From: the human T2T-CHM13v2.0 reference genome, Homo sapiens
NCBI RefSeq assembly: GCF_009914755.1
Contig: NC_060928.1
Length of the DNA stretch: 64,000 nt
Reading direction: 5' to 3' (one strand)
This document shows, piece after piece, positions 25,568 through 39,100 of the stretch (position 1 is the first letter of the stretch; each line of letters starts with the position of its first letter). The notes beneath the pieces were generated by a model. That model searched no databases. It was given only the letters and a program-made list of their open reading frames with translations, and was not told where the DNA came from. The position numbers and the translations under genes were made by a program.

Positions 25568-27451
25568 GAAATAAACATATGACCATTTATATCACAAAGA
25601 TCTGGAAAGGAGAAATAGAAGCATGCTATATTAAGTTTCTTGTATAAGAAATCACATATTATTTGAAAGCAAGTTGTTATAAATTACAATTATATGCTAT
25701 AAACTATAGAACAGCCATGAAAAAAGAGTATCTCAAAAGGTAACAAAAGTAACAAATTGATTTATAAAATTGCAAAATTTATAAAAATGAGAAAAATGGA
25801 ATAAATAATGGATGGATAGGGCAAATAAACTATAAGTAAATAAGTGGTGGATTTAAACCAAAGTGTATCAGTTATCACAATAAATGTACATATTCCAAAC
25901 ATCCTCATAAAAAGGAACAGATGGACAGTTCAAAAATGGAGATATGCAGATATCTCCTGCTTACAAGAAAACCACTTAAAATATGAATATGCAAATGTTA
26001 CAAATGAAAGTATTTAAGAAGATATGTATGTCAGCACTATTTAAATAAATCTGGAGTTTTTATACTAACCTCTGATAATGTAGATATCAGAGCAAGAATA
26101 TCCCCAGGAATAAAGAGGGTTGGTTATATGAGATATATCATAACAGTAAAGGAATTATTAATTAAGAGGACATAATAATTATAAATAGTTATATGGTCTA
26201 ATAATTATGCTTTCAATTACATAAAGTTGAAATGATTAGAGCAGAAAGGAGAAACAGAAATAGTTGGATATTTTAACATCTCTCTCATAAAAATTGGTAG
26301 ACCGTTAATTGAAAATTAGTAAAAATATAAAAGACCTAAATGACACTATCAGCCTATTCAAATGAATTGACATCTGTAGAGAACTTCATCTAACAACAGG
26401 ATACACATGCTTTTCAAAAGCACAAAGATATACCACAATAGAGCATATGTATCTTTTAGGCCATAAAACACATCTCAAAAAATGTAAAAAAAAATCATAT
26501 AATACAGCATATGTTTTCTAACAACGATAGAATTAAACTAAAAATCAATTATAGAAGAAAGATGGAATTAGAAACTATGAAATACAGTTCTACCTAATTA
26601 TAGGTCTCATAGTTAATAATATGGGAAAATAGAAGGCAATTTCAATGGAAGGAAACTAAAAAGATAACATCAAAATTTATAGAATGCATGTTAAGCACTG
26701 TTTGGAAGAAAACTTATGACACAAGTGACCGTATTAGATAACAAATCTCAAAATCTTGCTCTAAGCTCCCTTCTTATGAAATTAAAAATAAAGATAGAGT
26801 CCATAAATCCAAAGTAAGCAAAAGGAAATAAGAGCAGAAAGCAATTTAAAAAATAGAAAAATTATTAAGAAATTAATAAAACCAAAATCATTTCTTCTAT
26901 AATACTGATAAAATTAACAAACCTCTAGGCAAAATATCCAAGAAAGAAAAAGATTACATAAGTTAACAGCATCAATAATGAGAAAAATGCCATTAGTATA
27001 GATTTTGCATCTATTTGAAATGATGACATATTATAAACACAAAGTTATTCCAATAAATTTGACAATTTATATTAAACAAAAAAAATTTGAAAGGCATGAA
27101 CTACCAAAGTTAACTCAAGAAGAGATAATCTGTATACCTCAATGTTTACTAAAAAATTAAAATTATAGTTACAAAACCATTTCACAAAGAAAACTCCAGG
27201 CACCAGTGACTTCACTGCTAATTTTTTTCAAATATTTAAGGGAGAAATAATCCCAATTCTGAAGAAGTTTATCTAGAAAAGAGGAGCAAACATGTTTAAC
27301 TCGTTTTATAAGTTTAGCAATCACCTGATTAAAAAAAACCAAAAAAAATGTCATAAGAAAACTACATATCCATATTTCATAAACTAAGATATAAAACTTT
27401 CTAAAATTTTACCAAATGAAATCCAACTATACAGTACATTAAAAAACAAAT

Positions 27452-27519
27452 ATATGTGTATATATATATATTTGCTATATATATATATTTGCTATATATA
27501 TATATTTGCTATATATATA
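27452..27519. repeat. Compound (TA)n-TTTGC minisatellite, 3 units
   Basis: TATATATATATTTGC repeated three times. Confidence 0.88.
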
Positions 27520-27869
27520 GGCTAGCAGAGTTCACCCAAGAAATGAAGGAGTGGTTTAACACTTGGATACAAATCGAGGGTTTTCAACATATTATAGACT
27601 AAAAACAAACAAACAAACAAGTAAACATATGACTGTCTCAATAGATTTAAAAAAAGCACTTGACAAAATCTAGTAAATGTTTTATTTTAAAAATGATCAA
27701 TGTAGCAATATAAATTGATTTCCTTAAGTTGATAAAGGGCAACAACTTTATACCTAGAGCTAACATCATGTTCAGTGATAAAAGACTGAATGGCTTTTGG
27801 TATCTACATCTACATCATTTTATTATGTATATGTACATATATATGTATGTAATATATACATTTTCTACA

Positions 27870-28008
27870 TTATTTTTATCACACAAATAATTTGAAATTC
27901 ACTGTGTATTTTATAGTTATGATACAACTCATATTGGACTTACCACAGTGTATGTGGCCAAAAGTGGTAGTGGTAGTGGCTGCGGTATGGCTATGATAGA
28001 CAATATAA
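27870..28008. mobile_element. MER33/MER3-like hAT fragment
   Basis: GAAATTCACTGTGTATTTTATAGTTATGATACAACTCATATTGGACTTACCACA...TAGTGGCT. Confidence 0.55.
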
Positions 28009-30117
28009 GCCTATTGCTTGGTAATGTAATTTCATATATATTACGTTTAGTGATGTAGAAAAATTTAAAATATATATGTAAGAAAATAAATCTCGTTATC
28101 ATTTTATACCCGTTGTGTAAATTTCTTTCAATAAGAATATCTGTCTAATAAAGGCATGATGTGACATGACTTACGTGATTTTAAAATATATGATTTTCAT
28201 GTTACAGATACAGCACCATCTCCCTATTCCAGGCTCGCAGTGGGAAAGACGAGGCACTGGAATGTCACCAGGGAAGGGATAGCAGCTGTCTCTTCATCTT
28301 TCTTTCTCTCAGGGTTCACAAAACCCTGACTCCGCTTGCGTTGCACCACACTGTATAGATTGCATTTATTTGTTTCACTTGTAAATTCTCAACATATTCG
28401 ACCTCAAATGTATCTTTAGATGCAGTATATTTTTCAAATACAATCACTGGTGATAACATTCTGTCGAATGGCATTTTTTAAAAATCTGAATAACCTTCCC
28501 TTACTTCCATAAACATAGTAAATATTTCTAGTATTCATTTCATACATTAGCTATTGGCTAAATTAGAATAAATAATGTTCTTTACTCTGACAAGAGAATT
28601 CAAAATGAATCTTTATGAAGTCAGATAGGATTTGGCAATTTTTTTTTGGTTACCTATTTAACATGGCAGTAAAATCAAATTACCAAGGTCAATAAACTAA
28701 TTTTTGATTTCCTCATATGGACCAATTATGCGACCTGTGTATCATACCTGTCACACCAAACTTATGCCACATAGACCATGTAGCAGACATGTCATAAAGA
28801 GTCAAAAGGAAAGTGTAACACAATAATCAAGTTTCTATAATGTTAATAAATGTTCATTTTTATGGAGAAAAAAATTAAGTTTTCAAATTTAAGTAAAGAA
28901 AAGAAAAAATAGACATTTCCACTTAAAAATTGTTGTGTTTGAATAGTTTTGGAAATATATAAACATAGCTTTAGTGAGGACCTTTAATTAATACAGCTCC
29001 TTGGTGTATTTTTGTTTTGGATTACAGATTATCAAATGGAGGTCTGAAAATATTCTGATGCATATATAATATTATCTTCTATTTTAAAAGTATAAAATAC
29101 TACAATTTACTTTAAATCTCTACTCTGTCTTGAAGCTAAACATAAATGTGTCATTTTCAAATTATCATAATTGTTTTCTTTTCATCTTCCATTTACATCT
29201 GCAAAGAAAAACTTTATTTTTACCATATTAGACATTTCATTTTCCTAATTGAATGTTCTAGACTATTCCTTTATCCTTGGAATAAATAGAATTCCTTTTG
29301 ACTTGCTTTGTGTAATTTTTACTCAGAACATACTTTAACTCAATTTGTCTTTTATAATGTTTTTCTTCTATTTATCTTCTGTTATTCATAGTTAAGATTC
29401 ATAGTTTTCCATAGCTAAAACTATTAACATTCCAATCACTTCTGGTTTTTTTCCCTTAATTAAGAAAAAAGCTTAAGAAATTTATTCTCCACATTAATAA
29501 ATATGTCTTCCATTATTTATATAGAACATTTTGCCATATTTTATATTAATTTTATTTAGACATTTTCAATTTGTTGCATTCATTATTCGTTTTTCCCTTG
29601 TCTCTCTTTTGTTCAAGTGAATTTTTTTTCCTACAAAGAGCCATTTATTTGTGCATCCTCCACCAGAATCTAAGCAGTTTTCTTCTAAAAGTGTCTTCAA
29701 TTTCAGCATTTTTTTGTTTGCTAGACTGTTTGCTGTCTCTCTAAATACATACACACACAGACACACACAATTTATAAATGTATAGAGATCTTTTATAATA
29801 GGGTTTTTATGGCCTTTTACTTGACTCATTAATTAAATAGTGGTTATATACAACGTTTAGATCTAATTAAAAACTAAATTCCATGAACATAGCAGGTATT
29901 AAGTTTTGGGGATTTAGCAGCGTATTCTACCCACTAAAATAGTCCTCTGTCAAGCTGAAACAAGTACACAAAAAGTTATGTTCTAAAAATGCCTTGCTAA
30001 CAGAGTTTTGTTTTAGAGCTATTTTTATGTTTATTTCATCTTTGCATTTTTTTTCTTTGGAATTTTCTATTTGAATTTGCTACTACAAATTTTTGAGCAC
30101 ACTGCCACCTCAAGATG

Positions 30118-30188
30118 TCAGGTTGCTGCAGAAGTAATTGTGTTTTTTGCCATTACTTTTAGTGACAATTACTTTTGAACCAACCTAA
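30118..30188. mobile_element. MADE1 (Hsmar1 MITE) with internal deletion
   Basis: TCAGGTTGCTGCAGAAGTAATTG...CAATTACTTTTGAACCAACCTAA followed by TA; the arms are 19/23 complementary. Confidence 0.9.
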
Positions 30189-30548
30189 TACAATGTGGCC
30201 CTATCAGGAAGAATCTGCCACTTATTCATATTTGCAAACTTCTACTTGATTTAGAAACTCTGTGATTTGGCAATATACTCTGATTGAATTTAGGCAAGAA
30301 TAACACTACTTGGTTGTCTATTTCTTATAGAGCCAAATCTTTTAAACCCATGTGGTGACTATGGGGATGGAAGGGCACTAGATATTGCAACATCTTGCTT
30401 TCTCTCAGTATAGCAGGCTTCTGTGTTTGCTACCATTTTTTTTTTCTCCTCTTCATCTAGTTAGTTAATCATGTGTTTGGTGGACATTTCTCAATATTCT
30501 GACAAAATAAGTTTTGTCTCGTCTTTTGCTCTATAGGTATTTATACTA

Positions 30549-31105
30549 ATGTACTATTTATTTCTTAAACAAAATCAATGCAAATTTGCAACTTAAAATA
30601 TTTATTTATTACCTCACAGAAGTGAAGATAGAACCAGATGGACTTGATTTATTTGCCCAAAAGGCTAAAATCAAAGTCAGCTCTCCTGGGCTCTTTTTTG
30701 GAGACTATCAGGTAGAATCCACTTACAAGATCATTTGAATTGTTGGCAAAATTAAGTTTTGTGTATTTGTAAGTCTGAGATTCCCATATACTTACTGTCA
30801 GCTGGTAATCTCTCTGCTCCTTAATGACACCTGCATTTCTTCTGAAGTGGCTCCTCCATTGTCAAACCAACAGAGCATTCAGTCTTTCTTATATTTTGAA
30901 TCCTTCTGTTTGCCCCTCTGCCTCTTCTCTTCTGCTTCTAGCTGGAGGAAGTTCTCTGCTTTCAAGGGTACATGGGATTAGATGGGGCCCACCTGGGCAA
31001 ACCAGGATACTGTCCCTATTTTAAGGTATACATTCTTAATTACATCTGAAAAGTCACTGTGCCATGTAAGAAAATATATTCACTGGTTCCATAAATGTGA
31101 ATGAA
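30549..31105 (-). mobile_element. MLT1E-family LTR (MaLR)
   Basis: AAGGCTAAAATCAAAGT...GTTGGCAAAATT...TTCTCTGCTTTCAAGGG...GATTAGATGGGGCCCACC...ATTACATCTGAAAAGTC. Confidence 0.78.
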
Positions 31106-31206
31106 GTGAAAAAATAAAATCATGTATCATCAGGCTTTGAGGTAAGACAATTCTAGATTCCAAGCCTAGCTCAATTCTATATACTGTGTAATATTAATTG
31201 TATTTT

Positions 31207-31361
31207 CTGGGCATGGTGGTATGCATATGTAGTCCCAGCTTCTCAGGAGGCTGAGGCAGGAGAATCCCTGGAACCCAGGAGTTAGAGGATGCAGTGAGCT
31301 ATGATTGCACCACTGCACTCCAGCCTGGGTGACAGCACCATACTTGGTCTCTAAATTAAAA
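31207..31361 (+). mobile_element. Alu right-arm monomer (FRAM/AluJ)
   Basis: CTGGGCATGGTGG...GTAGTCCCAGC...GCAGTGAGCTATGATTGCACCACTGCACTCCAGCCTGGG. Confidence 0.88.
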
Positions 31362-31533
31362 AGTGAAATATTTACTGTATTATAAAATATCTTATACACT
31401 TTTTTCCTTAGGATCTTCTTTATGTAATGTTGCAGTTTTGCAGTTATTTCAATTCCAGTGTTTTTTCCTTAATTTTAATATACCTATAGGTAAAGCATTG
31501 TGCAGAAATATCTATAAATTTTCTAGATAATGG

Positions 31534-31905
31534 TGATATGGTTTGGCATGTCCCCACCCAAATCTCATCTTGAATTGTAGTTCCCCTAATCTTCACATGA
31601 CATGGGAAAGACACAGTGGGAGGTAATTGAATCATGGGGGCTTTTACGGTCATGCTATTCTCCTGAAAGTGAGTGAGTTCTCATGATATCTGATGGTTTC
31701 ATAAGGGGCTTTCGCTGCATTGCTTGACACTTCTCTCTCCTGCCTCCTTGTGAAGAAAGATGTGTTTGTTTCCCCTTCCACCATGATGTAAGTTTCCTGA
31801 GGCTTCCCCAGCCATGTGGAACTGGGAGTCAGTTAAACCTCTTTCCTTTATAAATTACCCGACCTCACGTATCTTTTCATACCAGTGAGAGAATGGACTA
31901 ATACA
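31534..31905 (+). mobile_element. THE1D-like solo LTR
   Basis: TGATATGGTTTGG...TGTGAAGAAAGATGTGTTTG...AAGTTTCCTGAGG...GGACTAATACA. Confidence 0.92.
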
Positions 31906-32399
31906 TGTGGCTATCAAAGCTGATTATTGCATTTTTTTTCCTTTTAGTGATGTGGCCTGTGGCCCTTTTCCCTTTTTGTTAAAAAACTATTAATATTGGT
32001 ATGAATTTGTCAGTAGCTTTTAACTATAGATATATAATTTTGTTTTTCAAAAAATTTATGAGACTCAGCAAGACTACAAGTTGTTTTGAAAAATAGAAGC
32101 TAGTAATTAAAAATGATATCTACAAGTGAACAAAGAACAACTTTCTTTCATAAACCTGACAATCATATGGATAAAATAACAGTTTTCTTATTAATTGCTT
32201 TTCAAAGTTACTTGAAGAAAGTCAAGAAGAGCAAAACTTTCATATTGAAGTTTAAGCTAAAATATTTAATTTTAAAATCTGAAGTTAGTATTTCTAAAGT
32301 AACAGAATACTTATTAAATAAAAATGGAATGAAAACAATTTGACTTACTTGAACATTTACGAAACAGCAGTCTGTATAAACCTTTGAAAGAAAAATTTT

Positions 32400-33100
32400 A
32401 AAAGAAACACTAAATTTAAAATATTATAGTACAAATGACAGATATGTGGGTAATAGTTGTAATATTAAAAGGGCATTTAGGAATCATGAAAAAAATTCAA
32501 TTTTACCCATTGAAAATAGGAAAAGGACATAAAAAGACAGGTCAAAGAACAGGAATTATAAATAGATAAAAACCATGATAGAAAATTTTCAAAAATATTG
32601 GTAATCACAAATATGAAAAATAAAAAAAACACTAGTATAACACTTTATACCCATCATATTGTCAAACATGGGACAGATGATATTTATTCCTTCCAGGGAC
32701 TGAATAAAAATTTGTGCTTACATACTTTGTTAAAAATGTGAATCATTCAATAATTTTAGAAAGCAATCTGATAACATCTGTTATAAGATATTGATTGATA
32801 GATATAAACTTCATAAGTTCTATAATGACACAGTATATATATTTGTATATTTGTACATAAGAGAATACTTGTATTTTTATAGTATTTTTATAACAGAAAA
32901 AACCCAAAATATAAATAATGTGAATGCTTGTTAATAAAAACCATAGTTAAAACAACATAAAACTATACAAAACGTAGGATATTATGCATTCAGTAATAAT
33001 GTTTGATTAGTGTATTATGGAGACTTATATGGTAATATTTCCATAAAGTTTTAAAAAGTAAGAAAAACAAGCTACAGACAAGCAGATAATACTGTTTCCT
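32400..33100 (+). mobile_element. L1ME-like ORF2 end / 3' fragment
   Basis: CCCATTGAAAATAGGAAAAGGACATAAAAAGACA...CACTTTATACCCATCATATTGTCAAA. Confidence 0.6.
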
Positions 33101-33874
33101 GTCATTGGATACAAATTCAATACTTTAGATGAGTTTATATAACATTTTTGCCAAAGTATTTATAGTTGAAGAGGATCATGGTTTTTAGATTTTATTTCTA
33201 CAAATTTGTGAACTGGTTTGCATGGGAGGGTGAGAAAAAGACTAGAAATATAACATCTATATGCAATTCCTCGAGAAAGTGTTATAAAAACAAGATCAAT
33301 ATGTTACACAAACATTGCCAAGAAGGGGAAAGGTCAGAATAACAATATTTTGTTTGACTGCTTTTATGATATGATAGTAAACAGAAATAAGAAGGTCTTA
33401 GGTTCTTTACTCTTTATCTAGAGTTCTTTCAAGCAAAATGAGTTTCTCCTTTTCTATTGGCCTTTATAATTCTTTCAAGTTTTCTAGCAGGTACAAACTT
33501 CAGCATGAGCAGAAATATAATCAGATTTTCTAGCTTCTGACAAATTAGCAAAGAAACAGTTTAGGGCCCCTATTGTATTTTGCTAGAAATACTATTTGAA
33601 ATGTAAAATATCTAAAAGTTAATAAAACTTCTTTATACAACTGTGTAATAAATAAGGATAATGCTGCAAAAATTAGAAGAAGAATTCTACTTTTCTCTGT
33701 TGACAAGAATGACAGAAAAGTTAAGAATAAATGAGACCAACCCAAAACCTAAAATAAAAATATAAAAAACAGGGTCAGTTTTCTCTAGTGAAGCAATAAA
33801 CAATGTTTGAAATAAGATCTCTTTTAATTTATCTTTTTTTCCCTCAAAAAATGGTGGAGAGGAAGCTTTGAGAG

Positions 33875-36141
33875 TGATATGATTTGGTTGTGTCCCCACC
33901 TAAATCTCATCTTTAATTGTAGCTCCCATAATCCCACATCTTGTGGGAGGAACCCAGTGGGTGATAATTGAATCATGGGGGCAATTTTCCCCCATACTCT
34001 TCTTATGGTGGGGAATAAGCCTCATTAGATCTGATTTTATAGGGGGTTTCCCCTTTTGATTCACTCTCATTTCTCTTGTCTGCCACCATGTAAGAGGTGC
34101 CTTTTGCCTTCCAGCATGAGTGTGAAGCCTCCTCAGCCATGTGGAACTTTAATTTTTTTCTTTATAAATTACCCAGCCCCAGGTGTGTCTTTATCAGCAG
34201 AGTAAAAACAGACTAATATAGTATATTGGTACTGGAAGTAGGATGCTGCCGTGAAGATTCCTGAAAATGTGGAAGTGACTTTGGAACTGGATAACAGGCA
34301 GAGATTGGAACAGTTTGAGGAACTCAGAAGACAGAAAAATGTGGGAAAGTTTGGAACTTCCTAGAGACTTGCTGAATGGCTTTGCCCGAAATGCTGATAA
34401 TGTTATGAACAATGGAATCCAGACTGAGATGATTTCAGATAAAGATAAGGAACTTGTTGGGAACTGGAGTAAGGGTGACTCTTTCAGTGTTTTTGCAAAG
34501 AGACTGGTGGCATTTTTCCTGACCCTAGAGATATGAGGAACTTTGAACTTGTGGGAGATGATTTAGAGTACCTGGCAGAAGAAATTTCTAAGCAGCAAAG
34601 CATTCAAGATATGACTTGGATGCTGTTAAAAGCATTCAGTTTTAAAAGGGAAACAGAGCATAAAACTTCAAAAAATTTGCAGCCTGACAATTGATAGAAA
34701 AGAAAACATATTTTCTGAGGAGAAATACAAGCTGGCTGCCGAAATTGGCATAAGTAATGAGGGGCCAAATGTTAATCACCAAAACAATGGGGAAAATATC
34801 TCCAGGGCATGTCAGAGACCTTGGCAGCAGCCCATCCCATCATCACAAGCCTGGAGCCTAGAAGAAAAAAATGGTTTCATGGGCAGGGTCCAGGGCCCCC
34901 TTCTATGTACAGCCTAGGGACTTAGTGCCCTGCATCCCCCGACTCTAGTCATGGCTAAAAAGGGCCAAGGCACAGCTTGGACCATTGTTTCAGAGGGTGC
35001 AAGCCCCAAGCCTTGGCAATTTCCATGTGGTGTTAAGCCTGTAGGTGCACAGAAGTCAAGAATTGAGGTTTGGAAATCTCCACCTAGATTTCAGAGGATG
35101 TATGGAAATATACAGGCAAAGGTATGCTGCAGGGGTGGAGCCCTCTTGAAGAACCTCTGTTAGGGCAGTGCAGAAGGGAAATGTGGGGTTGAAGTCCCCA
35201 CACAGAGTCCCCACTAGGGCAGTGCCTAGTGGTGCTGTGAGAAAAGGGCCACCATCCTCCGGACCCCAGAATGGTAGATCCACCAACAGCTTGCACCATG
35301 CACCTGGAAAAGCCACAGTAACTCAATACCAGACTGTGAAGTAGGACAAAAGGGGGTCTGTACCCTGCAAAGCAACAGGGGCAAAGCTGCCCAAGGCCAT
35401 GGGAACCCACCCTCTTGCATCAGCATGATCTGGAGGTGAGCTATGAAGTCAAAGGAAATGATTTTGTCATTTTAAGATTTGATTGCCCTCCTGGATTTTG
35501 AACTTTCATGGGGCCTGTAGACCCTTTGTTTTGGCCAATTTCTCAGATTTTTAATGGCGTATTTACCCAATTCTTGTACCCCCATTGCATCTAGGAAGTC
35601 ACTAACTTGCTTTTGATTTTATGGCTCATAACGAAGGGAATTGCTTTGTCTCAGATGAGACTTTGGACTGAAGACTTTTGAGTTAATGCTGAAATGAGTT
35701 AAGACTTTGTGGGACTGTTGGGAAGGCATGATAGGTTTTGAAATATGAGGACATGAGATTTGTGAGGGGCTAGGGGCAGAATGATATGGTTTGGCTGTGT
35801 CCCCACCAAAATATCATCTTGAATTGTAGCTCCCATAATTCCCATGTGTTGTGGAAGGAACCTGGTGAGAGAAAAATGAATCATAGGGGTGGTTTCCCTC
35901 CATACTGTTCTCATGGTAGTGAATAAGTCTCATGAGATCTGATTTTATAAGGGGTTTCCTCTTTTGCTTGGCTCTCATTCTGTTTACTCTGCTGCCATGT
36001 AAGATGTGCCATTCACCTTCTGCCATGATTATGAGGTCTCTGTATCCACATGGAGCTGTGAGCCCTTTAAACCTCTTTTTCTTTATAAATTACCCAGTCT
36101 TGGGTATTTCTTTATAAGCAGCATGAAAACAGAAAAATACA
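33875..36141 (+). mobile_element. Complete THE1B provirus (5'LTR 33875-34220, internal 34221-35781, 3'LTR 35782-36141)
   Basis: Two direct LTRs starting TGATATG; THE1 internal sequence (ORF 34315-34536, EDRKMWESLELPRDLLNGF); PPT AGGGGCTAGGGGCAGAA; TSD GAGAG/GACAG. Confidence 0.95.
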
Positions 36142-39100
36142 GACAGCATGCCTCATCCACTAAGAAATTATAATATAGTATGTAGAGATTCACGCTGTGA
36201 ACTATATCTAAGAAGCAACAGAGGAGTTCACATAAAACAAACATACCTTCAAGTATAGGGAAAAATAAAGCGGGTAGCAGCCCACGTGGTGGACCTGGCA
36301 AAAAAACTGTGAGTGAATACTCAGTGCATCAGTGGGGGAGAGAGTGTTTTTGAGATGCACATTTCCCCTGAAGAGCCAGGTGATCCAGGCTATGGGAGAG
36401 CTCCTTGACCCTAATCAAGCCCTTAATCTTGGGAAGCAGTAAAGAAACTGAGAAGGAATGGCACCGTGACATGCCCTGCAGACACTTGCAGACCTGGGCA
36501 CTGATAAAAGGAAGCCATTTCTAACCCTAACTCACAGGGGCCTGCATGGGAACATGCCAGTCAGAATGGGCAGCAGTCACATGTTTGAAGAGTCTCAGGA
36601 TGGGGATTTGTGATCTACTCTAAAGCAAAGGAGGAGGAGCCATCACTAAGAGAGGAGTGTGGTGTTAGCTCAAGCCATGGGCGCTGGATTTGGATAGCCC
36701 CACTTCATGGGATTAGGCCAGGGAAGGTTTAGCCTGAGAACCACAGTTTTGACTTAGGCAGCAAGTTTTATAGCCTGGGTGGTTTTGCGGTCTGAAGAAA
36801 AACTGCTTATGACTTAGCCAACTGTTCCAACTTGCAGCCAGCATTGGGCCTTGGGAGGGAACCCAATCAGGTCAGAAGCATGAGTGTGAAGTGGATTCCA
36901 CCACCACCTGCTAGGCTGTGGAGCCTGGACTATTATGATGGGTCTTTGGTATGGCAGCAGTTGCACTGCTTCTGCCTGGAGCATTGCTCTAGGGGCCTGA
37001 GAACTACCATCTGACTCCTGTTGAGACCAGTGCTTGTACAATCACCCATCACAACTCTACCAAGCTTCACCTCTGCTACCTCCCACCTTGGAGGAGGAGC
37101 ACCAGACTGGGATCACTGAGAGTTCCATGGCCCAACCCATTGCCTGGGACAGCTGAGTATCTCTTGGTTAATAAAAGTTGAGCACCACTTACTGGCACCC
37201 AATTGGTACATTGCTACTATAACTGCCATTTGACAAAACCACCACACTAATGCTCTGTATCACCAGGGAGATCATACAGAGTTTACACCACTGAAAGGAG
37301 ACAGAAGTCAGGAATGAGAAATCATCAAGAAAATAGATATCTTTTTTAAAAAAAGCCAAGAAGACTTCTGAAAATAAAAAAAAAATTATTGAGGAATGAC
37401 AAAATACAGTGGAAAGCTTCAGCAATCAACTAGACTAAGTAGAGGAAGGAATCTCTGAATTTGAAGACAAGTCAGAAAAAATTCATTTAGACAAACGTTA
37501 ATCCAGTCAGACAAAAATAAAGAAAAAATATTTTTTAAAAATATGAACATAGCCATCAAGTATGGAACTACATAAAATGACTGAACTTATAAATCATAGG
37601 TATTTAAGAAGAAGTGGAAAAAACAAAAAGTATAGAACACCTATTTGAGGAAATAATTGAGGAAATCTTCCTTAGTTTAGCAAGAGATTTAGACACCCAG
37701 ATACAAGAGGCTGGCAGACTCCAATAAATACATCACAAGAAGGGCCATACCACATCACACAGTCATAAGACTGTCTAAAGTCAACGTGAAGGAAACATCC
37801 TGAAATTAACAATGGAAAAGCTTGTAGTCACCTCTAAACGAAACCCCATCAGACTAACAGTGGAGAATCTCAGCATAAACCTTACAAGCAAGGATAGATT
37901 GGGATTCTATTTTCAAAATGCTTAATGACAAAAAACTGCCAACCAGGAATTCTATTTTCTATCAGAATAAGCTTTATAAATTAAGATGAAATAAAGTATT
38001 TCCTAGAAAAGCAAATGCTTTTCATCACCTCTAGACTGGCCCTACAAGAAATGCTCAAAGGAGATTTATATACGGAAATAAAACATCAATATTCACTATC
38101 ATAAAAACACATGAAAGTATAAAACTCGCAGGTGTTATAAAACAAATATGCAAAAGAGGAAAAGAAATAAATAATATGAAGAGAGCAGGATACCACCAAA
38201 TCACAAATACAAAAAAAAAAAAAGAAACAGAATTTTCAATACTAGATGAAAAATAACATTATGATAGGAATAAAACCTCACATACCAATATTGACCTTGA
38301 ATGTAAATGAATTAAATGCCTCACTTAAAAGAATTAGAATAGTGGAATATGGATCAAAAAATATGAACCAACTATATGCTGCTTTCAAAAAGCGCCCCTT
38401 ACTGGTAAAGACACATAGACGGAAGGTAAAGGGGTGTAAAATATATTTACACAAATGAAAAGCAAAAGTGAGCAGAAGTAGCTATATTATACCATAAAAT
38501 ATACTTTAAATCAAGAACAATAGAAAAGACAAAGAAGGTCATTATATAATGCTAAAATGATCACTTCAACAAGAAGATATGACAATTCTAAATATATCTG
38601 TCCCAATACTGAAGCAACTAGATTATAAATAAGATTTTACTATACCTAAAGAAAAACATACACAACAATACAATAATATTGGGGGACTTCAACACCTCAC
38701 TTACAACACTAAACAGATCATCAACACAGAAAATCAGTGAAGAAACGCTAAACTTAAATTGGACTTTAGATTAAATAGACCTAGCAGATATTTAGAGTAC
38801 ATTCTACCCAACAACCACAGAATATACATCCTTAGAATCAGCATATAAAACATTCTCCAAAATAGAAGATATGTTAAGCCACAAAACAAGCCACAGTGAA
38901 TTTTTTAAAATCGAATTCATACCAAGTATCTTCTTGGAGCACATCAGAATAACCAGAATTCAATGCCAAGAGAAACTTTCGAAACTTTACAAATACATGA
39001 AAATTAAGTAACGTGCTTCTGAATGATCTTTAAGTCAAAGAAGAAATTGTTAGAAATGTTTTAAAAATTGAAACAAACAAAAATGGAGACACAACATATT

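Larger units (their letters stand above)
24640..27800 (+). mobile_element. Old L1M ORF1 / ORF2 5' half, highly degenerate
   Basis: A-rich sense L1 sequence with endonuclease and Z-region remnants (GCCATAAAACACATCTCAA, AAACTCCAGGCACCAGTGACTTCACTG, CTCAATAGATTTAAAAAAAGCACTTGACAAAATC). Confidence 0.78.

Noticed and set aside
34315-35426. Cluster of ORFs in the THE1B internal region
   Set aside because: These are remnants of the MaLR internal ORF and antisense chance ORFs, all interrupted.
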